From assembly GCA_039794845.1 (NCBI GenBank), contig JAUQVK010000042.1:1-13465 (forward strand): a stretch of DNA of 13,465 bases, written 5' to 3'. Each line of letters opens with the position of its first letter. The stretch's first letter is position 1. The stretch is from Thermostichus sp. DRC_bins_24 (GTDB taxonomy: Bacteria > Cyanobacteriota > Cyanobacteriia > Thermostichales > Thermostichaceae). The notes beneath the pieces are model-generated. The model saw only the letters and a program-made list of their open reading frames with translations. It had not been told where the DNA came from and searched no databases. This document shows, piece by piece, positions 1-7,246 of the stretch. Made by a program: the position numbers and the translations under genes.

Positions 1-19
1 TCATCAGTGAAGCTATACA

Positions 20-33
20 GCCAATGCTGTCTT
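20..33 (-). promoter_or_regulatory. PAM-flanked guide target overlapping the putative -35 (TTGGCT, 24-19) of the downstream promoter
   Basis: Minus strand AAG-ACAGCATTGGC is an 11/11 match to the spacer 5' end with the canonical I-E PAM AAG. The -10 would fall just outside the window. Confidence 0.75.
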
Positions 34-57
34 CCTGTATGTAATACTGGAAGCACT

Positions 58-83
58 TAATAAGAAGAGTTGAAGCTCACTCT
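58..83 (-). terminator. Possible weak intrinsic terminator after the mini-array
   Basis: Minus strand AGAGTGA-GCT-TCA(A)CTCT forms a short hairpin with one bulge, followed by TCTTATTA. Confidence 0.25.
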
Positions 84-97
84 ATTCAGATTGAAGG

Positions 98-232
98 AAG
101 GACACCCCAAGAGTTGTGGGGAATAACCGATCGCTGGCCGGACTGATGCTGAGAGACGCACCCCCACAGACGTGGGGACAAGCATTCTTCCGGCCAATGC
201 TGTCGGTTCACCCCCATAGGATATGAGGAAAC
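98..232 (-). CRISPR. Degenerate type I-E mini-array: 2 clear repeats and 1 more decayed repeat, with short spacers of 21 and ~26 nt
   Basis: Read on the minus strand: R1 232-204 GTTTCCTCATATCCTATGGGGGTGAACCG, spacer 203-183 ACAGCATTGGCCGGAAGAATG, R2 182-154 CTTGTCCCCACGTCTGTGGGGGTGCGTCT, spacer 153-128, R3 ~127-98 GTTATTCCCCACAACTCTTGGGGTGTCCTT. R1 and R2 are 29 nt. All three keep a C-rich/GGGG stem-loop. R1 ends in the I-E-type 8-nt handle GTGAACCG. Confidence 0.85.
162..211 (-). ncRNA. Predicted ~50-nt crRNA-like regulatory guide (CreA/CreR-like)
   Basis: Inferred from Cas6e-type cleavage 8 nt before each repeat end. The product would be a GUGAACCG handle, the 21-nt spacer and the R2 hairpin. 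Its seed matches two AAG-flanked sites nearby. Confidence 0.7.
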
Positions 233-269
233 TATAGACATCATAGCATGCATTTTGGCGCACTGCCAA
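233..269 (-). promoter_or_regulatory. Sigma70-type promoter for the mini-array
   Basis: Minus strand reads TTGGCA (269-264), 18 bp, then TATGAT (245-240) preceded by the extended -10 TGC. The predicted start at ~233-234 lies immediately before repeat R1 (232). Confidence 0.65.
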
Positions 270-278
270 AGCTGTCTT
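265..278 (-). promoter_or_regulatory. PAM-flanked guide target overlapping the -35 of the mini-array promoter
   Basis: Minus strand AAG-ACAGCtTTGGC against spacer ACAGCATTGGC is 10/11. The only mismatch is at position 6, which is unpaired in Cascade R-loops. Confidence 0.75.
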
Positions 279-334
279 GATGTTTATCCAGGCTGCAAAG
301 GATGATTTGCTGAAAACCATGTGCCAAGTCTCCA

Positions 335-3067
335 TTAGTTTTCTGAATCTTTCTCAATCAGCACCCCCAACAAGGGATCCAGAGTCAGCCGCCAGTCTCC
401 CACCATTGCCACTCCCTGAGCATTGACCTCTACATAGCGGCAGTTGCGCAGTAGGGCCGATGTCCAAGTGGGGGGATTGTGTTGGGCTCTCAACGTTTCC
501 ACCAGTTCCCTCTTAGACAGGCGGGTGCTATGGGCAAGAAGTTTGCGGATCAGGGTCAGGTCAGGACGGGTGTTGAGATCCACCTGTTCTTGGGTACCGG
601 GAAAAAACAGCCCGATCTCAGTGCGTTGCAAAAAGATGGTGGCTACAGAGGGTTCACCTAGGCGGGTGGCAGCAGCGATCGCACTTTCGTCGTCTTCCTT
701 TTTCAGGTAGGTAAACTGGTCGGGCTTGGTATCAGCGTGGGGCGGCGGAATTTTTACCTCATTGGCACGGGTTTGTTTGGCGGCCTCTTCTTCGACCCGG
801 TATTTCTCCAGAGAGGTGCTCCAGTCCTCGGCATGAACCGCCTCCAGTGCTTCAGGAATCGGCATTACCAAGTCATACACCGACTCGATCAGGGTATCCA
901 TCTCCTCGGGTAGTTGCACCTGGGAGCGGTGGCGGAGAGTGAGCCAACTGCGGAGCAGAATATGGCGATCGTAAACATAGCGGCTGTCGCCAAATTCGAC
1001 GGTGCCTTCAGCGGTTAGGGTTGGTTCAATGACCCACAGAGTTGGGGTTCTAAGGGGGGCCGGTCGCCCGTCACGGGTGTGGCGGTGGAGCCGTCCAGAG
1101 CGTTGCAGGAGTAGGTCGATCGGGGCTAGGTCGCTGATCATCAGGTCAAAGTCCACATCCAAACTTTGCTCAATCACCTGGGTAGCTACCAGCACAAAGC
1201 GCTGGGGGCGATGGTCGGTCCCTTTGCCAAATTTTTCTAGGCAGTCCTTTTCAATCCGCTCCCGATCTCTGAAGAGAAAGCGCCCATGAAATAATCCCAG
1301 TTCTTCAGTTGAGAAGTGAGCTTGAAGCTTTTGACAAACGGCCTGGGCACGGTTGACGGTAGAGCAGATTACCGCCACACAGCCGCCTTCGTGGCTCAAT
1401 ACCTGGTGCAGTTCGGCGGCCCATTTATCGTCGTCATTGCTGGCCCAGCGAATCTCTAGGGCGCGGCGAACGTGGTCTGAGGCGGCAAAGGTCTGGGCTA
1501 CGGCTACCCCACTGGAGAAAGCGGTAATCCGAGGATAGGAGGCCTCTGGTAAAGACGGGACGGGCTGGCTACATCCGGTCGCGTAAGCAGTCAATAAGCG
1601 CTGACGGGTAGTGGTGGGCAGTGTTGCCGAGAGGGCAATCACAGGGGATCCCAGCACAGCAGCCCATTCCAAGAAGCGCTCCAGGAGGGTGCTGGTGTAG
1701 AGGTCGTAGGCGTGGATCTCATCGAGAATGACGGTGCGCCCCGCCAGACCAAAGAGGCGCACAAATTGATGGCGCGAGCGCACTACTCCCATCAACCCCT
1801 GGTCTAGGGTGCCCACCCCATAGGGACTGAGTAATGTCCGTTTGCGGGCCGTATGCCATTCGCTGGCAAAGACACCCCGTCCCTCCTCGTCGTAAACCTG
1901 ATCCAAACGACAGACAGTTTCTTGGTACTCCCCCTTGAGGGCAGCGGCCCCGTGGCTGAGGGTGAGATTCACCACCTTGTCGGCATAACGCTTTCGCAAA
2001 AAATCCTGCACCCGCTGAAACATGGCATTGCTCGTGGCTTGGGTGGGCAAGCCAATGTAGAAGCCTCCCGCACCGGCCTGGTGCTGTAAATGATCCGCCA
2101 GGTACAGCGCTGCCTCCGTTTTGCCCTCCCCCATGGAGGCTTCCACCATCACCAGGCAGGGCGGTGTGAGGGTAGCGGTTAGATGAATCGCTGCCTCTTG
2201 CAGGGGACGAGGTGTAGTGATGAACGAAAACAAGTCCGTAAAGTTGAGGGGATTTCCGGTTTCCGGCTGGATCCAGCCCTGGGCTTTGAGGGCAGTTTGG
2301 GCCTTCTGGGTCAGCTCCTTGGCGTAGTCTGCAAAGGGCTGATCGTTGGCATAGGGAAAGCTGGCAGGATTGGAGGCAATCCAGTCAGAGACGGTGGTGA
2401 GTCCTGCCAAAATCATGGCGGCAGCGTTGTCACACTGGTTGGGTAAATCCTCAGAAGTAAGTTGTACAAAGTCCTGAAGTTGCCGAAAAATCTCTAAACT
2501 GTGTTGCCGCCATGCACTGCGCTCATCAGTGCCTGCGATCGCGCTATCCAGGTCATCAATCTCTTGCTGAGCCGGGAAAAAGCCGTGGTGCCCGCCCACA
2601 ATCATCCCCAGTTTACAGGCCAGTCGCTTGGCCTGACGCTTAGATAAATCTCGACCAACTCCAATGGTCACCAGAAAATCTGGCAACGTGGCCGCAGTCA
2701 CCAACCCGTGGGGGGCATTTCGGGGTCTGCGGCGTTCTGGGGGCAATGAAGCCCATCCATCATACAGACCCGCTCCCACCAAGGCTTTCCCCACTTCGCT
2801 CACCTGAAACTGAAAGGCAGGACTGACTTTGCCTAAGTCGTGGCTCCCGGCCATGAAGCCGCAGAAGCGCACTAGGGATCCGTCATTGGGTAATCCCAAT
2901 CCTTGGGCGAGGCGCAGGCGAGCGACCGAACTCAGGTATGTCTTGACAATCTCCATCGCCACTGCCGCTGTATCTGCCAGGTGGCAGATCACCGGATGGT
3001 AATTAGGCTGGCCATTGTCTCTGAACTGTCCCTGCCCTGTCTTGGCCCAAAATCGTGGCTGACTCAT
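335..3067 (-). CDS. cas3: CRISPR-associated nuclease/helicase Cas3 (HD + SF2 helicase), type I-E-like
   Basis: 910-aa ORF. The N-terminal HD domain shows FWAK, HLAD, HDLGK, HG, HHG and SDW motifs. The helicase shows Walker A ASMGEGKTE, LPTQATSNAM, DEIH, SAT, HGRF, TQVIEQSLDVDFD and QRSGRLHRH. AGGAG lies 8 nt upstream of the ATG, which overlaps the WYL gene stop (ATGA, 3064-3067). Confidence 0.97.
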   Translation of the reverse strand: MSQPRFWAKTGQGQFRDNGQPNYHPVICHLADTAAVAMEIVKTYLSSVARLRLAQGLGLPNDGSLVRFCGFMAGSHDLGKVSPAFQFQVSEVGKALVGAGLYDGWASLPPERRRPRNAPHGLVTAATLPDFLVTIGVGRDLSKRQAKRLACKLGMIVGGHHGFFPAQQEIDDLDSAIAGTDERSAWRQHSLEIFRQLQDFVQLTSEDLPNQCDNAAAMILAGLTTVSDWIASNPASFPYANDQPFADYAKELTQKAQTALKAQGWIQPETGNPLNFTDLFSFITTPRPLQEAAIHLTATLTPPCLVMVEASMGEGKTEAALYLADHLQHQAGAGGFYIGLPTQATSNAMFQRVQDFLRKRYADKVVNLTLSHGAAALKGEYQETVCRLDQVYDEEGRGVFASEWHTARKRTLLSPYGVGTLDQGLMGVVRSRHQFVRLFGLAGRTVILDEIHAYDLYTSTLLERFLEWAAVLGSPVIALSATLPTTTRQRLLTAYATGCSQPVPSLPEASYPRITAFSSGVAVAQTFAASDHVRRALEIRWASNDDDKWAAELHQVLSHEGGCVAVICSTVNRAQAVCQKLQAHFSTEELGLFHGRFLFRDRERIEKDCLEKFGKGTDHRPQRFVLVATQVIEQSLDVDFDLMISDLAPIDLLLQRSGRLHRHTRDGRPAPLRTPTLWVIEPTLTAEGTVEFGDSRYVYDRHILLRSWLTLRHRSQVQLPEEMDTLIESVYDLVMPIPEALEAVHAEDWSTSLEKYRVEEEAAKQTRANEVKIPPPHADTKPDQFTYLKKEDDESAIAAATRLGEPSVATIFLQRTEIGLFFPGTQEQVDLNTRPDLTLIRKLLAHSTRLSKRELVETLRAQHNPPTWTSALLRNCRYVEVNAQGVAMVGDWRLTLDPLLGVLIEKDSEN

Positions 3068-4038
3068 GGCCGTTTCTCCTGTTGATACTGGGCCTGCATT
3101 CTTCTAATCTCCTCCTTCACCATCTCCACCAACTCCGGGGGATCCAGTACCCGCGCCCCTTTGCCGTAGTACATCACCCACCGCTTCACCTCCTGCAGCC
3201 CCCGCACCACCACATGCAACCTCAGGGATCCCTCGGGAAGTTCCTCAATCACCTGCGTGGCATGCCAGTGCCGCTCCCGAATGTAGGGGGCCGTGGCCGC
3301 ATCAAACTCAATCACCACCTCCTGCGGGATCCCGCCCACCTCATGTTGAAAGGCCGACTCCAGATGGGCCTCCCGGTCAAACTTGGGATCCACCTCAAAG
3401 CGCACGTCCAGGAGCTTGATCGCCTGGATGCGATCCACCCGAAACCAGCGAGGCTCGCCCCGGAGGTGACACCAGCCCGTCACATAGGGGTTACTGCGGG
3501 AAAAATGCAGCACATAGGGATCCAACTCCCGCTCGGAGGGGGGCTTACCGGGGGTGGCATAGCGCATCCACACCCGCCGCTGCTGCTGACAGGCCTGCTC
3601 CAACACCTGCCAGATTTCCGGGTTGAGATCCAGCTCCGCCCCCACCCGAAACAGGATGTGCTCCTGGGCCAACTGCTGCAAATCCACCCAGGCTTGCTCC
3701 GGGATCCGCTGCGCCAACTGCTGGATGGCCGATTGCAACTGCGAGCGATAGGCCGAGCCGGCATAGGCCGCCAGCATTCTGGCCCCTAGGGTGAGGGCAA
3801 ACAGTTCCCCCTCGGTCAGTGGAATCGAGGGCAAGCGCCAGGCGGGATCCGTGTAGTGAAACCCCCGTGCTTTCGAAAACTGAATGGGAGCCTGGAATCG
3901 ATCCTTCAAAAACTGAATATCGGCTCTGACCGTCCGTTCGCTCACCTCCAAAGCTTCTGCCAGCAATAGGGCAGTCGGTCGGGGATGACTGCGCAGGATC
4001 TCATCCAGTTTCAAGGCCCGTTCTAATTGACGTAGCAT
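3064..4038 (-). CDS. HTH-WYL(-WCX) transcriptional regulator (YafY/PafB-like), CRISPR-associated
   Basis: 324 aa. It has an N-terminal winged HTH (LAEALEVSERTVRADIQFL) and a WYL core (ERELDPY...YVTGWCHLRGEPRWFRVDRI). The C-terminus is WCX-like (WVMYYGKGARVLDPPEL). There is a 4-nt overlap with the cas3 start. Confidence 0.93.
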   Translation of the reverse strand: MLRQLERALKLDEILRSHPRPTALLLAEALEVSERTVRADIQFLKDRFQAPIQFSKARGFHYTDPAWRLPSIPLTEGELFALTLGARMLAAYAGSAYRSQLQSAIQQLAQRIPEQAWVDLQQLAQEHILFRVGAELDLNPEIWQVLEQACQQQRRVWMRYATPGKPPSERELDPYVLHFSRSNPYVTGWCHLRGEPRWFRVDRIQAIKLLDVRFEVDPKFDREAHLESAFQHEVGGIPQEVVIEFDAATAPYIRERHWHATQVIEELPEGSLRLHVVVRGLQEVKRWVMYYGKGARVLDPPELVEMVKEEIRRMQAQYQQEKRP

Positions 4039-4063
4039 TACTTACTCTGAAGAGGATGAGAGC

Positions 4064-4085
4064 ATTCTAGGCAACTCACCCGGCA
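4064..4085 (-). promoter_or_regulatory. Putative promoter of the WYL-cas3 operon with a -26-type element
   Basis: Minus strand TGCCGG-N10-TAGAAT ends 25 nt upstream of the WYL ATG. No canonical -35 is present at 17-bp spacing (GCGTTT). Confidence 0.5.
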
Positions 4086-4169
4086 AAAACGCTTCCGACC
4101 TGCCGAAGCTTAATCTCAAAGATCAAAGATTGAAAAACGTATCTGATCATTCAGAGATCATTCAGCCCC

Positions 4170-5552
4170 ATGAGCGGGATGATCACCCCTCAGCTGGGTA
4201 AAGGGTGGGCAAATCACCCACAGACCATGATGACCAGACAGTACACTGAACGCGAGTCAACCCCCGTCGAAAGGTCTATGGATACGGATCGATCTGAATC
4301 CCCTGCTATCCTTTTTGGGCTACCCGCTTCCCAAGGCAGATGGATCCTGATTCCCCTGGGCATCCTCGTCTTGTTGTGCCTGGGAACGGTCTATTCCTGG
4401 AGCATCTTCAGGATCCCCCTCGAAGCGGAACTGGGGATCCCAGCCGGGGATAGCCTGCTGCCCTATACTTTTGCCCTGGTTTTCTACGCTGCCCTAATGC
4501 CGATCACCGGTTTTTGGATCCCCCGCTGGGGATCCCGCCGGGTGCTGGCGGTTGGGGGCTGCTTAGTGGGATTGGGCTATAGTTTGGCCAGCTTTGCCGA
4601 TTCGATTGGGTTGATGACCCTCTGCTACGGCGCCATTGCCGGCAGTGGGGTAGGGATTGCCTATGGGGTGCCGATGGTGGTGGCCGCCCGTTGGTTTCCG
4701 GAGCGCAAAGGGTTGGCGGTGGGATCCACCATTATCGGTTTTGGCTTGTCTCCATTGGTCACAGCGCCGCTGGCCAATCAATGGATCGCTTCGTTCGGGG
4801 TGAGGGCAACTTTGCTGATCTTGGGTTTGCTATTTACAGCGGTGATTGTAGCGATCTCCACCCAATTGAAATTGCCTCCACCCAACTGGATCCCGGCTCC
4901 AATTCAATCAATTCAATCAAAAGAATCTCTGGGTAAAACAGATAAAATTCCTGATGAACCTATCTCCGGTTATTCCCCCCCGCTATTCAAAAGTAAGTCT
5001 TTTTATGGGCTGTGGATCTGCTATGCCATCGGCACATTGATTGGTTTAAGTGCCATCGGTATTTCCAGCCCAGTGGGGGAAGAAATGATCCACTTGGATC
5101 CCACGGCAGCCGCTAGGAGTGTAGCCCTGTTTGCGGTTTTCAACGGGCTCAGTCGGCCTTTATTCGGTTGGTTGGCGGATCGTTTTCAACCTGCTCAGGT
5201 AACCATCGGATCCTATGGGTTGGTACTGCTGGCTTCTGGGCTGATGATTCTGTCGGGATCCCTTCTCTCCTACTGGGTGGCCTTTTCGATCCTGTGGTTT
5301 TGTCTGGGGGGCTGGCTGGCGATGGCGCCCACCTTGACCCTGCGTTTGTTTAACCCGGATCGCTACGCCCAGAACTACGGCATTGTCTTCACCGCTTATG
5401 GGGTGGGTGCCCTAACCGGAACCCTGATCACAGGTCGAATCCGGGATAGCTTTGGCAGCTACAGCTACACCTTTTACGGCATGGTCCTTCTGGCTGTTCT
5501 CGGGATCCTCGTGGCGAGGGGATTACTTAAGCCCGCAGTGACAATGGGATAG
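4170..5552 (+). CDS. MFS transporter, oxalate:formate antiporter (OFA) / lactate transporter-like
   Basis: About 12 hydrophobic segments with OFA-type motifs LGTVYSWSIF, GSGVGIAYG, RWFPERKGLAVG..IIGFG, FNGLSRPLFGWLADR and NYGIVFTAYGVG. The true start may be the ATG at 4278 (MDTDRS). Confidence 0.88.
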   Translation: MSGMITPQLGKGWANHPQTMMTRQYTERESTPVERSMDTDRSESPAILFGLPASQGRWILIPLGILVLLCLGTVYSWSIFRIPLEAELGIPAGDSLLPYTFALVFYAALMPITGFWIPRWGSRRVLAVGGCLVGLGYSLASFADSIGLMTLCYGAIAGSGVGIAYGVPMVVAARWFPERKGLAVGSTIIGFGLSPLVTAPLANQWIASFGVRATLLILGLLFTAVIVAISTQLKLPPPNWIPAPIQSIQSKESLGKTDKIPDEPISGYSPPLFKSKSFYGLWICYAIGTLIGLSAIGISSPVGEEMIHLDPTAAARSVALFAVFNGLSRPLFGWLADRFQPAQVTIGSYGLVLLASGLMILSGSLLSYWVAFSILWFCLGGWLAMAPTLTLRLFNPDRYAQNYGIVFTAYGVGALTGTLITGRIRDSFGSYSYTFYGMVLLAVLGILVARGLLKPAVTMG

Positions 5553-5680
5553 ACACAAGGTCAGTGAAAGGATCCCCGGAGCCCGTATTTGCTAACGTTG
5601 AGCTTGCCGATATGGCCGCTTCTGGGTGGACCCTAACCTGGTTCGCCTCTTGCCCTCTCTACTGAACCGCTCTCTTCACC

Positions 5681-7234
5681 ATGTCCACTCCCTCTAGCAG
5701 CAGCGAAGCTGCCCAACGTTCCGCCCGCCTGGAAAAAGCCCAACACCTGCAGGAACAAGGGATCCTTCCCTACGCCTATTCCTTTGCGGTTACCCATTTG
5801 GCTGCAGACTTACAAGAGAAATTTGCCGATCTAGAGCCCGGTGCCGAACGCGAGGATGTACAGGTGGCCGTGGCAGGGCGGATTCGGGCGCGGCGGGTTA
5901 TGGGCAAGCTGGCCTTTTTCACCCTGCAGGATCGCTCCGGCAGCATTCAGCTCTACCTGGAGAAAAAACGGCTGACGGAGCAGATGGGAGAGCTGGCTTT
6001 TAAGAACCTGGATAAATTGATCGACTCCGGCGACTGGATTGGGGCCAAGGGCTGCCTAAAGCGCACCGAAAAAGGGGAACTGTCGGTACGGGTGGACGAA
6101 TATCAGGTGCTCACCAAAGCGCTCTTGCCTTTGCCAGACAAGTGGCATGGCCTGCGGGATGTGGAGAAACGCTACCGCCAGCGCTACGTGGATTTGATCG
6201 TCAACCCCGAGGTGAAACAAACCCTGATCGATCGGGCCAAGACCATTCAGTCGCTGCGACAAACCCTGGAAGAGCAGGGGTTTGTGGAGATCGAAACACC
6301 GGTTTTGCAGGTGATCCCCGGCGGAGCCGAGGCACGGCCCTTCATCACCCATCACAATGCTTTGGATTTGGATCTGTACCTGCGCATCGCCACCGAATTG
6401 CACCTGAAGCGGTTGGTGGTGGGGGGCCTCGAGCGGGTTTACGAGATCGGGCGTATTTTCCGCAATGAAGGCATTTCCACCCGCCACAACCCGGAGTTTA
6501 CTTCGCTGGAGGTGTATCAAGCCTTCGCCGATTACCACACGATGATGGATTTGACGGAGACCCTGATCTGCAATGCTGCCCAAAGTGTGCGCGGATCCCT
6601 ACACCTAACTTATCAAGGGGAAGCCATCGACCTCACTCCCCCTTGGCGGCGAGTGACGATGCAGGATCTGGTGGAAGAGGTGACCGGGATCCGAATTGAG
6701 GTGGAAACTGAACCCACAGAAGCTCTCTTGGCCTCTTTGAAACAGTTGGGGATCCCGGATTTGGCGGCACAAGACTCGGCGGGCAAGTTGCTGGTGAAAG
6801 CCTTCGAGCACTGTTGTGAAGACCGCCTGCGCCAGCCCACCTTTGTGTTGGACTATCCGGTGGAGGTCTCTCCCCTAACCAAACCCCACCGCCGCAAGCC
6901 AGGGTTAGCAGAGCGTTTTGAGCTGTTTATCGTCGGGCGAGAGACGGCCAACGCCTATTCTGAGCTGACGGATCCGGTGGATCAGCGGCAACGGCTCGAG
7001 GCACAAGCGGCCCTGAAAGCTGCAGGTGATGAAGAAGCCCATTTTTTGGATGAAGACTTCCTCACCGCTCTGGAATACGGCCTCCCCCCCACAGGCGGCA
7101 TGGGCATGGGGATCGACCGGCTGGTGATGCTCCTCTGTGATGCCCCCAGCATTCGGGATGTGATCGCCTTTCCCCTGCTGCGGCCCGAAGCCCTGGAAGC
7201 CTCTTCCGGTCGTGCGGAGCACGATGAAACCTAA
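5681..7234 (+). CDS. lysS: Lysine--tRNA ligase (class II)
   Basis: OB-fold anticodon domain ([14 protein letters not shown]), followed by [35 protein letters not shown], motif 2 [15 protein letters not shown] and motif 3 [20 protein letters not shown]. Confidence 0.98.
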   Translation: MSTPSSSSEAAQRSARLEKAQHLQEQGILPYAYSFAVTHLAADLQEKFADLEPGAEREDVQVAVAGRIRARRVMGKLAFFTLQDRSGSIQLYLEKKRLTEQMGELAFKNLDKLIDSGDWIGAKGCLKRTEKGELSVRVDEYQVLTKALLPLPDKWHGLRDVEKRYRQRYVDLIVNPEVKQTLIDRAKTIQSLRQTLEEQGFVEIETPVLQVIPGGAEARPFITHHNALDLDLYLRIATELHLKRLVVGGLERVYEIGRIFRNEGISTRHNPEFTSLEVYQAFADYHTMMDLTETLICNAAQSVRGSLHLTYQGEAIDLTPPWRRVTMQDLVEEVTGIRIEVETEPTEALLASLKQLGIPDLAAQDSAGKLLVKAFEHCCEDRLRQPTFVLDYPVEVSPLTKPHRRKPGLAERFELFIVGRETANAYSELTDPVDQRQRLEAQAALKAAGDEEAHFLDEDFLTALEYGLPPTGGMGMGIDRLVMLLCDAPSIRDVIAFPLLRPEALEASSGRAEHDET

Positions 7235-7246
7235 GCGGGATTCCTT

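Noticed and set aside
37..47. Possible NtcA site (GTA...TAC)
   Set aside because: The spacing is N5, not the required N8.
98..232. Interpretation as an ordinary adaptive CRISPR array
   Set aside because: The repeats are non-identical, the spacers are short and unequal, there is no long leader, and the spacer matches local promoters only in its seed.
57..335. 92-aa minus-strand ORF overlapping the cas3 stop (TAATG)
   Set aside because: It runs through the promoter and all three repeats (VPTSVGV is translated repeat) and has no recognisable domain. It is most likely a shadow ORF, although the start/stop overlap means translation cannot be fully excluded.
3055..3789. 244-aa plus-strand ORF and other long antisense or alternate-frame ORFs (e.g. 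7906-8628, 9731-10624, 6056-6583)
   Set aside because: They overlap well-supported genes, have low-complexity or unnatural composition, and are typical shadows of GC-rich coding DNA.
4900..4920. CAATTCAAT duplication in the MFS gene
   Set aside because: It is an in-frame 9-bp slippage (IQSIQS) in the variable central loop, with no sign of a separate function.
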